A DNA stretch of 24,000 nucleotides from Lachnospiraceae bacterium XBB1006 (GTDB taxonomy: Bacteria > Bacillota > Clostridia > Lachnospirales > Lachnospiraceae): positions 319,616 to 343,615 of the forward strand of contig FOXT01000004.1 of assembly GCA_900115795.1 (NCBI GenBank). The letters run 5' to 3'. The notes under the pieces were generated by a model. The model worked only from the letters and a program-made list of their open reading frames with translations, had not been told where the DNA came from and searched no databases. The position numbers were made by a program, and so were the translations under genes. Position 1 is the stretch's first letter. Each line of letters starts with the position of its first letter. Positions 8,873 to 16,833 of this stretch are shown in pieces.

Positions 8873-9919
8873 TTATCTTTTATCTTTTTGCGGATCTCCG
8901 CGATCTACTACAAGTTCATATCCGATGCTTTGCATTCGGTTATTTAAACAATTTCGACATTCTGCTGCTTCATCCCCCGTGCAAATCTTATTGTCGTATA
9001 ATTCATACTTCTTCCGCACGTTTGTAGGTGACAGATTCGGCATTACTACATTGGCGCCGGCCAACATTCCTTTTTCTCTTCCTCTTGGGTCGATGGTTCC
9101 AAGTGCGGTAGTTGCCGGTAAAAGCAGGTTCGGTTTTAGCAAGCGCAGCAGCGACAATAAATACAACGTCTGGTTTACGGTTCCACCTTTTTCTTTCGCA
9201 AACGGTGTATCATGATGCGGTACAAACGGTCCGATTCCCACCATGTCCGGCTGCAGTGCTTCAATAAATTTCATATCTTTCGCCAGCGTTTTTGCCGTCT
9301 GTCCGGGAGAACCTACCATAAATCCACATCCCACCTGATAACCAATTTCCTTCAAATCCCATAGGCACTTCATACGATGCTTTAAGGACAATTCTTTCGG
9401 ATGCAGTGTTTCATAATGTGCCTCCTCCGCAGTCTCATGCCGCAGCAAATAGCGGTCTGCTCCCGCTTCAAAAAATCGTTGGTAACTTTCCTTTTCTTTC
9501 TCTCCAACAGACAAGGTCAGTGCACATTCCGGGTAGCCTTCCTTGATTTTACGGATAATGGAAACCATTCGCTCATCGGTATAGTATCCGTCTTCTCCTC
9601 CTTGTAAAACAAAGGTACGAAATCCTAATTCATAGCCCTGGCGGCAGCAGTCCAAAATCTGTTCCTCTGTTAATCGATATCGATTCGCATTTCCATTGCT
9701 TCGACGAATGCCACAATAAAGACAATCATTCTTGCAGTAATTGGTAAACTCAATGAGGCCTCTGGTAAACACCTGCTTTCCATAGATTTGTTCTCTAAGA
9801 TTCTTTGCCCGTTCTGCCGCATACGCACTTAATTCCTCTGTCTGTCCTGCAATTAACTCCTCCCACTGATTTTCTGTCAGCGATTCGCCCGCTGCTACCA
9901 TGTCAATTAACCTTTTCAT
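8873..9919 (-). CDS. hydE: [FeFe] hydrogenase H-cluster radical SAM maturase HydE
   Basis: CKNDCLYCGIRRSN radical-SAM motif in a BioB-like protein located in the hyd maturase operon. The ORF track starts at GTG 9925; I prefer ATG 9919 (GAAGGA 9 nt upstream). Confidence 0.9.
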   Translation of the reverse strand: MKRLIDMVAAGESLTENQWEELIAGQTEELSAYAAERAKNLREQIYGKQVFTRGLIEFTNYCKNDCLYCGIRRSNGNANRYRLTEEQILDCCRQGYELGFRTFVLQGGEDGYYTDERMVSIIRKIKEGYPECALTLSVGEKEKESYQRFFEAGADRYLLRHETAEEAHYETLHPKELSLKHRMKCLWDLKEIGYQVGCGFMVGSPGQTAKTLAKDMKFIEALQPDMVGIGPFVPHHDTPFAKEKGGTVNQTLYLLSLLRLLKPNLLLPATTALGTIDPRGREKGMLAGANVVMPNLSPTNVRKKYELYDNKICTGDEAAECRNCLNNRMQSIGYELVVDRGDPQKDKR

Positions 9920-9933
9920 TCCCACTGTTCCTT

Positions 9934-10182
9934 CTATACCTTTAGATACGAGGTCTTGACCTCAACTTCACTTAGCTTTCCTATCTTTCCGGACAACGTA
10001 CTCACTTCATCCTGCGTGGTATCTAAAATCACCGTTATAATGCTGATTCCACGTTCCTGGTACGGAATTCCGTTTCTTGCAATTATATGTTGTCCATAGG
10101 TATGCAAAATTTCATTTACCTGCATCGCTTTTTCTCTGTCCTTAACCGCAATGGCAAGAACTGCAACGCGTGTTTCTTCCAT
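9934..10182 (-). CDS. TM1266-family putative iron-only hydrogenase system regulator (small ACT/NikR-C-like protein)
   Basis: 82-aa ORF (MEETRVAVLAIAVKDREKAMQVNEILH...) immediately upstream of hydE. Size, position and sequence style match the TM1266 family that accompanies hydEGF. Confidence 0.7.
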   Translation of the reverse strand: MEETRVAVLAIAVKDREKAMQVNEILHTYGQHIIARNGIPYQERGISIITVILDTTQDEVSTLSGKIGKLSEVEVKTSYLKV

Positions 10183-10223
10183 ATGCTTCCCCTTTCTGCG
10201 TCATATCGACTCTGTTTTCTTAC

Positions 10224-10255
10224 AAAAAAAGAGTACACCTATCACGGCATACTCT
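10224..10255 (-). terminator. Terminator-like hairpin plus U7 inside the leader of the hyd maturation operon (candidate attenuator, or second terminator of the upstream gene)
   Basis: The minus strand reads AGAGTATGCC-GTGATA-GGTGTACTCT followed by TTTTTTG. This is a 6-bp stem, a 2x2 internal loop, then 2 GC pairs. It ends about 41 nt upstream of the ATG at 10182. Confidence 0.5.
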
Positions 10256-10360
10256 AGCTTGTTCTTTCCTCACTCCTTCTTTGCCGTCAGTATTACTTTC
10301 AACTTAGAACCTATTCTTATATTGCTTATGGTCAGATTCTTCTTTCCACTCGCTAACTAC

Positions 10361-10369
10361 ATTATAACA
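10361..10369 (-). promoter_or_regulatory. Extended -10 promoter element (TGTTATAAT), candidate promoter of the hyd maturation operon
   Basis: The minus strand reads TGTTATAAT. The -35 region (TAGCGT) is poor. The element sits between the two hairpins at 10373-10406 and 10224-10255. Confidence 0.35.
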
Positions 10370-10372
10370 AAC

Positions 10373-10406
10373 ATGGTGCTCATACGCTATCCGTAAAAAG
10401 CACCAT
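10373..10406 (-). terminator. Hairpin downstream of the SPKTG-protein gene
   Basis: ATGGTGCT (10373-10380) / AGCACCAT (10399-10406), with inner TACG/CGTA pairing. The minus strand continues GTTTGTT. It lies 48 nt after the stop at 10454. Confidence 0.45.
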
Positions 10407-10453
10407 TCTTTCATTCTGTTATTTATTCAACATGCACAAATCACGCTGTTCAA

Positions 10454-11074
10454 CTATTCTTCAAGGACTTTGCGATAATAAAAAATACATCCTGCCGCAG
10501 ACACTACATCAATCCAAACCCATGCAACGGGAAAATTATCTCCGGTCTTTGGACTTGTCACAACCAGTGCTTGCTTTTCAACCTTCTGTGCCGCAGGCGC
10601 TTCCTTCGCTTGCTTCTCTTTCTCTCTTAGCAGTCTTTTCTCTGCATCTCCCACGTCCTTTGGCTTTTCGTTTAACTCCTCTGTTTTCGTCTTCGGTCGC
10701 TCCAGCGTTGTTTCTTTCTCTTTCACCGGATCATCTGCTATAGGAACCGGCTCTTCCTCAATAGTGGTTAAATCCGATGCATCATATTCTTCACCGGTCT
10801 CCTCATCCACTACCACCTGTTCCGAACCCGGTTCTTCCTTCTTCTCTTCCGTCACCATTTCCACATTCGATGTCTCTGTAACCACGGGCTCCTCTTCGAT
10901 TGGCGCAAATAGCGAAACCTTTGCATCCAGGTCAGAGGCCGTACCTGCATCCAATACTTCTACCAACGGTTCTGCACCTGTCTTCGTTCCTGCATGCGCC
11001 GACATTGGCAGCAAAACCAACATCATAAGTACAACTCCCCCTAAAAATAATCCGCTTTCTTTCGTCAATCTCAT
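10454..11074 (-). CDS. Secreted acidic surface protein with C-terminal SPKTG sortase sorting signal
   Basis: N-terminal signal peptide (LFLGGVVLMMLVLLPMSAHA), a Glu/Thr/Val/Pro/Lys-rich body, then SPKTG (10541-10555), a hydrophobic stretch (FPVAWVWIDVVSAAGCIFYY) and an RK-containing tail. AAGGAGA lies 7 nt upstream of the ATG. Confidence 0.75.
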   Translation of the reverse strand: MRLTKESGLFLGGVVLMMLVLLPMSAHAGTKTGAEPLVEVLDAGTASDLDAKVSLFAPIEEEPVVTETSNVEMVTEEKKEEPGSEQVVVDEETGEEYDASDLTTIEEEPVPIADDPVKEKETTLERPKTKTEELNEKPKDVGDAEKRLLREKEKQAKEAPAAQKVEKQALVVTSPKTGDNFPVAWVWIDVVSAAGCIFYYRKVLEE

Positions 11075-11115
11075 TATGAAGTCTCCTTAAAATCATATTG
11101 GTCATTGTATCACAC

Positions 11116-11138
11116 TTTGGTTACATATTTGGTTACAT
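11116..11138. repeat. Tandem direct repeat TTTGGTTACAT x2 (12-nt period, third partial copy follows) in the promoter region of the SPKTG-protein gene
   Basis: Copies at 11116-11126 and 11128-11138 are identical, with a partial third copy TTTGGAATTA at 11139. They sit immediately upstream of an extended -10 (minus strand TGATACAAT, 11112-11104) and overlap the stop codon of the AlkD-like gene. Confidence 0.6.
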
Positions 11139-11837
11139 TTTGGAATTATTTTTCACTTTCAACGTTTTTAAATGAGTCTTCTGTTCTTTGGTAATCCGAT
11201 CGCTTTCCACCGCTTTTTGAATGGCCTTATTATGTGTCCAATCATCCAACCGCCTTTCTTCAAGAAACGGCAATATATGCTCGTACTGTTTGGCCAATGC
11301 AGTGGCAAAATACCAGGCAATCATCATGTTCACATAGTATTCCTTCGACCGGATTTTCGCAACCATTTCCGGATAGTCTACTTCAAATGCCTCTTCAAGA
11401 AAATGGTCCATTAGCATTTTTATTCCAAAACGCACCGTATAAGGATGTTCGTTTCCAATCCACTGCTGAATGTACGGCAGCAATTCTTTTCGATATTTCT
11501 TAAAAATCGCAGGCGACAGCTGGTCGCAAGTTGCCCAATTATTCACGTAGGGTAAAAATGCTTGTACCTCTTTGATGCAGACTACATAGTCTTTTCTACT
11601 CGCAATGATAAATGCATGAAGTTGGTTTTCTTCAAAATAGCTATGTGGCAGAGCCGTCAAAAAAACGTCTCCGCCCTCCTTTTTTTCCAGATTCTTCGCC
11701 ATTGCACGAAGAATCGGCGTTCGCACACCAATAATACATTCCGGATTAATCCCCGGAATAATCTTTCTCTGAAATGCCTGATACTGCAAATCCTGTTTTT
11801 CAAACAATTCCCTTTGTATTCTCTCCACTATTTCCAT
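11133..11837 (-). CDS. DNA alkylation repair protein (AlkD/AlkC-like HEAT-repeat family)
   Basis: ...IGVRTPILRAMAK...FEENQLHAFII...NNWATCDQL...YTVRFGIKMLM...YYVNMMIAWYFATAL... match the PF08713-type family as I recall it. I place the start at ATG 11837 (MEIVERIQ...), 5 nt after the kinase stop, not at 11885, which overlaps the kinase gene. Confidence 0.75.
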   Translation of the reverse strand: MEIVERIQRELFEKQDLQYQAFQRKIIPGINPECIIGVRTPILRAMAKNLEKKEGGDVFLTALPHSYFEENQLHAFIIASRKDYVVCIKEVQAFLPYVNNWATCDQLSPAIFKKYRKELLPYIQQWIGNEHPYTVRFGIKMLMDHFLEEAFEVDYPEMVAKIRSKEYYVNMMIAWYFATALAKQYEHILPFLEERRLDDWTHNKAIQKAVESDRITKEQKTHLKTLKVKNNSKM

Positions 11838-11842
11838 AGAAT

Positions 11843-14644
11843 CTACTTGCTCACTTCCTGAAGGATTTCTTTCAATCCTTCCCAATCCAGTCTTTTTAAT
11901 CGTGCTTGCATACGGGATACCCGATCTTGATCTTCCTCCGGCATCCGATACTGCTCCACCGTATCAAAAACCATTTCAATCAATTCATAATCCTCCGTTT
12001 CGATCAAATCCACCAGCGAATGATACATATCCTCTAGCATATCCTGCTCTATATCCGGCAGATTCTCTGAAGCACTCGTAGGTGAAATCGGAGCTAACCG
12101 ATTCTTATATGCTCGATAAAGCGTTAGCAACGCCTCGGTATTATCCGTAATAAAATCCCTATCTTCCTCATTTCCCGCCTCTTCCAAACGCTTGGCTTTT
12201 TCCGACAGTTCCATGGCGCCAATAATACGGGCAGAAGATTTCAGTGCATGTACCTTGACCGTATAATTTCGAATATCATCAGCCTCTAAGTAGTCCTCAA
12301 TTTCTTTTGCCAATTCCTCGATGGTTTCATAAAACGTCTCCAATACAGATAAATACGTCTGTAGATCTCCGCAATTCTTGATGCCGGATGTAAGATCAAT
12401 GCCCTCGCAAGTCCATAGCCACTGCGGAAAATCCGAAGTCTCCTCTTCCGCCGGTTCCTCACAGCAATCCGTCATCTGTATCATTTGTTTAGGGAGATAT
12501 GTTACTAACATTTCTTCAAGTTTATCTGCAACCAACGGTTTTGTCAAATAGTCATCAAATCCAGCCGCCAGATATTTTTCCCTGGCACCGGAGATTGCGT
12601 TTGCTGTCAAGCAAATAACCGCTGTTTCCCGGTTTTTGTTTTCTTCATCCGCCCGCAAACATGCCAGCGTTTCAATTCCATCCATTTCCGGCATCATATG
12701 GTCCAAAAAGATGGCGTCATATTTCTTTTCTCTCGTAAGGGCAATTGCTTCTTTTCCACTTTCAGCCGTGTCGATTTGCACCTGCGTATTCTTTAAAAGG
12801 TTTACAAATACCGTCAGATTCATCTCCGTATCATCTACCGCAAGAATGATTGCATCCTTCGCAGTAAACCGTTCTTTATACTCCGTGCGTCGTCCACTAA
12901 CTGCCTCCCGGTAAGCACTTTCATAGTCCCCAAGAGCCTCCCATTTTACAACCTTTTGTTTTAATGCAAAAGAAAACGTAGTCCCTTCGCCATATCGGCT
13001 TTTTACATCCAGTGTGGTTCCCATCATTTCCAAGAGTCGCTTCGTAATATTCATGCCGAGTCCGGTTCCTTCTATCGTTCGATTCCGCTTTTCCTCAATG
13101 CGTTCGAATTCCGAGAACAGTTTTTCCATGTCCTCCTGCTTTATTCCGATTCCGGTATCTTTCACCGTAAAATCAAGCCATACCGCGTCAGTCTCATTTT
13201 CCACCTCACGATAACGAATGCCAAATGAGACCTCTCCCTCATTGGTGTATTTTACTGCATTGGTCAGCAGGTTGGTTACCACCTGTTTGATACGAATTTC
13301 ATCTCCATACAGTAATTTAGGAATCCCTGCATCAAAATCAAGCTTTAATGCCAATCCCTTACTATCTGCCTTTACCTGAATCATATTGACCAAATCATTA
13401 ATCACTGACGACAAATCATACTCCACCGGAATAATTTCCATTTTTCCTGCTTCAATTTTAGAGAAGTCCAAAATATCATTCACTATCCCCAAAAGCGTAT
13501 TTCCTGCCGTATGAATACTTTCCGAATATTCCAAAACATTCTGTTCCTTGCTTTCCCGCAAAACCATTTCATTCATTCCCAAAATGGCATTAATCGGCGT
13601 CCGAATCTCATGCGACATATTGGACAAAAACGCAGATTTCGCCTCACTCGCAGCAATCGCCTGCTTTGTCTTCTCATGTAACTCACTAACAGCCTGCGCC
13701 CGCTTGTTAAGCCGAATCATAATTATAACCTGCATTCCAACAACAATAATTGCAGCAAAAATGGTTACCGTCAACATATTCTTTAGTTGTCCCAGCGCAG
13801 AGGTAGCATCAAACACTGACAAACACACCCAGTCATTTGCCACCTTGGTACTGTAGACAATGTATTCTGCCCCTCCGTATTTCAACGAAAAATAGTTGGT
13901 ATCCGAAACACGCATGGCTTTCACCAACGCATTTCCCAACCCCTGCTTCTCCTGCATATAATTTTTTCCAATTTCGTTTTTGTCTACAGAGTTGGCAATC
14001 ACCTGATATTTTCGGTCTACAATTATTTCCATATCTGCTTCTTCTTCCGAAGCCAGTTCCTCAATAATTTCCTGCAATTCTTCCATAGAAAAATCCATGG
14101 CCGCAACGCTCTTCGCATCACAAAGGGTTTTTGATAATGCAAGCATCATACGGTGTGACTCCATATCCACATATGGATCTACGACTGCAACCCGTCCTAT
14201 GCATGCTCTTGCATCAATATACCAGGGACGTTTTACCGCATCATACGCTTTGTCCGGTACCCACCCGGTTCCATCCAAATATTCCCCATTAATGTAGCCA
14301 TACAATCCATCCGAACTGCCATCGGTAATATTGACAACTGCCACGGATTGATTTTTTAAAAAATCATCTATTTCTTTTTGGCTTCTGCCATCACGAATCA
14401 TATTATCTAGCGTATAACATGCCAGCTCAATGGTATGAATTCCGGTTGAAAGATAGGCATTAATTTTTTCTGCAGATGTCTCTGCACTTAATTCGCCACT
14501 CTTTATAATTTTTTCCTTCGTTTCCGCATACAAGAGCGAATAATACATAATAATAACCGCAATAAAAAGTAGCACAATCCCGCCGGACATAAGCAACCGC
14601 TTTCCCTGTGGGTTTATTTTGCTAACTTCGTTCTTCATACACAA
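11843..14644 (-). CDS. Hybrid sensor histidine kinase (TM-Cache-TM-HisKA-HATPase-REC-HPt)
   Basis: Two TM segments flank an extracytoplasmic domain of about 250 aa. H-box SHEIRTPINAILGM; N/G boxes (LTNAVKYT, DTGIGI, GTGLGM); receiver (ILAVDDTEMN...FLDHMMPEMDG...TKPL); C-terminal HPt (VHALKSSARIIGA). The start is TTG 14644 or ATG 14638. Confidence 0.9.
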   Translation of the reverse strand: MCMKNEVSKINPQGKRLLMSGGIVLLFIAVIIMYYSLLYAETKEKIIKSGELSAETSAEKINAYLSTGIHTIELACYTLDNMIRDGRSQKEIDDFLKNQSVAVVNITDGSSDGLYGYINGEYLDGTGWVPDKAYDAVKRPWYIDARACIGRVAVVDPYVDMESHRMMLALSKTLCDAKSVAAMDFSMEELQEIIEELASEEEADMEIIVDRKYQVIANSVDKNEIGKNYMQEKQGLGNALVKAMRVSDTNYFSLKYGGAEYIVYSTKVANDWVCLSVFDATSALGQLKNMLTVTIFAAIIVVGMQVIIMIRLNKRAQAVSELHEKTKQAIAASEAKSAFLSNMSHEIRTPINAILGMNEMVLRESKEQNVLEYSESIHTAGNTLLGIVNDILDFSKIEAGKMEIIPVEYDLSSVINDLVNMIQVKADSKGLALKLDFDAGIPKLLYGDEIRIKQVVTNLLTNAVKYTNEGEVSFGIRYREVENETDAVWLDFTVKDTGIGIKQEDMEKLFSEFERIEEKRNRTIEGTGLGMNITKRLLEMMGTTLDVKSRYGEGTTFSFALKQKVVKWEALGDYESAYREAVSGRRTEYKERFTAKDAIILAVDDTEMNLTVFVNLLKNTQVQIDTAESGKEAIALTREKKYDAIFLDHMMPEMDGIETLACLRADEENKNRETAVICLTANAISGAREKYLAAGFDDYLTKPLVADKLEEMLVTYLPKQMIQMTDCCEEPAEEETSDFPQWLWTCEGIDLTSGIKNCGDLQTYLSVLETFYETIEELAKEIEDYLEADDIRNYTVKVHALKSSARIIGAMELSEKAKRLEEAGNEEDRDFITDNTEALLTLYRAYKNRLAPISPTSASENLPDIEQDMLEDMYHSLVDLIETEDYELIEMVFDTVEQYRMPEEDQDRVSRMQARLKRLDWEGLKEILQEVSK

Positions 14645-14662
14645 CTGCTTCCCCTTTCCGCA

Positions 14663-15478
14663 TTATTTTACAATGGTAATATCGCTTCCAAACCATTTTG
14701 TGGAAATCTCTCCTAAGGTTCCATCTTCTTTCATCATCCCCAGAATTTTCTGAATCTGATCCCGCAGACTCTTGTCGCCCTTTCGAAATCCAATCGCGTA
14801 CTCCTCTTCTCCTAAACTCTCCGGTAAAACATAATAGGTTTCCTCGTTGGAAAAAACAAAATAATACGCCACCACGGAATCAATAAGTACCGCATCTACC
14901 GAACGAATCCGTAAACCCTCCAATAACTGAAGATTATCCTCATAAGGAACAATTTTTACATCCAGGTTTTTCTTCTCTAAATCAGCCTTTGCCGTAGAAC
15001 CGACCTGCACTCCCACCTTTTTCCCTTTCAAATCCGTAATTCCCTTTGCCGTACTCTCTCCCGGGACAACGAAAATCAATTCGTTTTTCATATAAGGCTC
15101 CGAAAGCGTCATATTTTCAGCCCGTTCCGGAGTAATGGACATTCCATTCCAAATGCAGTCAATAATTCTGTTGTTTAACGCTATCTCTTTGCTTTTCCAA
15201 TCAATCGGCTGTTTTTCCAATTTGATTCCCATCCGGTTGCACACTTCCTGCGCCACATCAATATCAAATCCTTCTAAGCGTCCTTCTCTCGTGAGGAACC
15301 CCATGGGTGGAAATCCGTTATCTAACCCCAACACCAACGTTCCCGAGTCGAGAATCTTCTGTAACGATGTATCCTGTTTATTTTCCGTATTCTGTTGGTT
15401 TTCACAACCCATAACGGAACATAAAAGCGTGACCACTAGTGCACCAAGTAACAAACCTCTACCTAATCTATTTTCCAT
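14663..15478 (-). CDS. Amino-acid ABC-type substrate-binding lipoprotein (SBP family 3)
   Basis: Start MENRLGRGLLLGALVVTLLCSVMGC (lipobox-like VMGC) with AGGAGG 5 nt upstream of ATG 15478. The body (GLDNGFPPMGF..., DCIWNGMSITPER, GVQVGST, IDSVVA) is typical of polar amino-acid binding proteins. The upstream 24 codons in the ORF track cover a terminator and are rejected. Confidence 0.85.
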   Translation of the reverse strand: MENRLGRGLLLGALVVTLLCSVMGCENQQNTENKQDTSLQKILDSGTLVLGLDNGFPPMGFLTREGRLEGFDIDVAQEVCNRMGIKLEKQPIDWKSKEIALNNRIIDCIWNGMSITPERAENMTLSEPYMKNELIFVVPGESTAKGITDLKGKKVGVQVGSTAKADLEKKNLDVKIVPYEDNLQLLEGLRIRSVDAVLIDSVVAYYFVFSNEETYYVLPESLGEEEYAIGFRKGDKSLRDQIQKILGMMKEDGTLGEISTKWFGSDITIVK

Positions 15479-15493
15479 GGACCCTCCTAAAAC

Positions 15494-15531
15494 AAAAAAT
15501 ACTCTCAGGGTAATTATATCAAACCTGAGAG
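15494..15531 (-). terminator. Intrinsic terminator of the prd operon, with an extended -10 box in its loop
   Basis: Minus strand: CTCTCAGG-TTTGATATAATTAC-CCTGAGAG followed by TATTTTTTG. The loop contains TGATATAAT (15521-15513), a candidate promoter for the binding-protein/kinase operon. Confidence 0.6.
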
Positions 15532-15609
15532 CACTCTTTTCTTCGGGCACGTGAAAAAATAACGAACACTTTATGAAATATCAACGTTGAAGCAATTTGT
15601 AACGGCATC

Positions 15610-16809
15610 CTACAAAAGAGAATGAATTACGCCATCCCTGCACTGATTCGGGGTAATGCCATAAGGCAGATTCTTAGAATCCATCATATTATGCGCACCC
15701 AAAAATCCCCCAGGCTCAAATGGAAACATGGCCGTATCATACATATTCCCAAGACCGGAAACGATTTTTACAAGGACTACCTTGCGCTTACCGTAACGAC
15801 GAATATTGTGAAAAACGTTTACGGAAGCAGGTTCTACTTCCAACGCCAGAAGCACCTTGCGCAACTTTCCTGCCACACGATCTGCGAAGCGATGTGCCTC
15901 CATGATTCCTTCTGCGCTACGTCCATGACCTTCCTGAAAGGTAACATCCACGTGGATTAGATAATCGGTAGTCGCCGGTATTCCTGCCCTGTCAAACACC
16001 ACCTGATTTTTCAAAAGGCCCTCGGAAGAACCAATATTACTTGGTTGAAAGCCCCCTTCTTCTGCACCGGTCACCATCATGGTTACCCCCGTCATAAGTC
16101 TGGTAATACCTTCTCCTAATTCCCCTTCTTCCTTTGCCGCAATAGGGAAAAAGTCCAAATTAGAGTTTACAAAAAGATGAGTTTGCCCGGGGTCAAGAAC
16201 CGTTACCTTTACCTCTTTAAGGTACGTTTCATCATAAGGAACGTCCAAAATATCCGCAGGTAATAAATCCGGTGAAAACGGATATCGCTTTTGTATCAAT
16301 GTTCCCACTATCTGTTCCGCAATCGTTTCCGAAGTAACCTCTTTACCGGCACGCTTTAATTTCAGTTTTACCAATCCTACCGCTTTTTTGGCATCATAAT
16401 CCGTCAGGTTATTATCGCCTACCACACAGGATTCGTAACCACTTACATTTTTGTTAAAATCCACGATGCAATCCACATAGTCATTATCACAGACTAACCG
16501 TCCCTGCTGACCGATATAGCTTAAGCCGACTGCCGGAATTCCACGACGACCTAATTCCTCAATTACAGAAACAAAATCCACATGATGATTTCCCCAGCCA
16601 TCAATGGCAACCACCGCCGCGTCTGCCTGCATGAGCCTTGCCAAATCCGCGGTGCGTTTTGCTGTGTATTCTTTATCATCGCAAACCTCCGATACCCCGT
16701 CTATGATAATACCGGTAAATTCCAAATCTTTATCTTCTGACAACGCTTTTGTCATCGGGCAGAAAAAATGATGCTTCGTCGTCATTTTGATACTTGGTCC
16801 TAGTCCCAT
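15610..16809 (-). CDS. PrdA-paralogous protein: PrdE-like (alpha-like) domain fused N-terminal to PrdD-like (beta-core-like) domain
   Basis: Start at ATG 16809 with AGGAGG 6 nt upstream, giving 399 aa. The N-terminal half aligns by eye with the PrdA C-terminal fragment, and the C-terminal half aligns with the PrdA segment preceding the cleavage site (see findings). The longer ORF-track start at 17061 overlaps prdB and is rejected. Confidence 0.8.
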   Translation of the reverse strand: MGLGPSIKMTTKHHFFCPMTKALSEDKDLEFTGIIIDGVSEVCDDKEYTAKRTADLARLMQADAAVVAIDGWGNHHVDFVSVIEELGRRGIPAVGLSYIGQQGRLVCDNDYVDCIVDFNKNVSGYESCVVGDNNLTDYDAKKAVGLVKLKLKRAGKEVTSETIAEQIVGTLIQKRYPFSPDLLPADILDVPYDETYLKEVKVTVLDPGQTHLFVNSNLDFFPIAAKEEGELGEGITRLMTGVTMMVTGAEEGGFQPSNIGSSEGLLKNQVVFDRAGIPATTDYLIHVDVTFQEGHGRSAEGIMEAHRFADRVAGKLRKVLLALEVEPASVNVFHNIRRYGKRKVVLVKIVSGLGNMYDTAMFPFEPGGFLGAHNMMDSKNLPYGITPNQCRDGVIHSLL

Positions 16810-16833
16810 AACCATCCTCCTTTTGAAAAATGC

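Noticed and set aside
10151-10396. 81-aa plus-strand ORF in the hyd leader region
   Set aside because: It runs antisense to the leader and terminators, has no RBS, and is hydrophobic and low-complexity. The region is better explained by the minus-strand regulatory structures.
15479-15550. N-terminal extensions of several ORF-track calls (14663-15550, 11133-11885, 21272-22207, 22168-23037, 23034-23840, 2097-2777)
   Set aside because: In each case an internal ATG with a good Shine-Dalgarno coincides with the conserved family N-terminus or a signal peptide. The extension overlaps a neighbouring gene, terminator or promoter.
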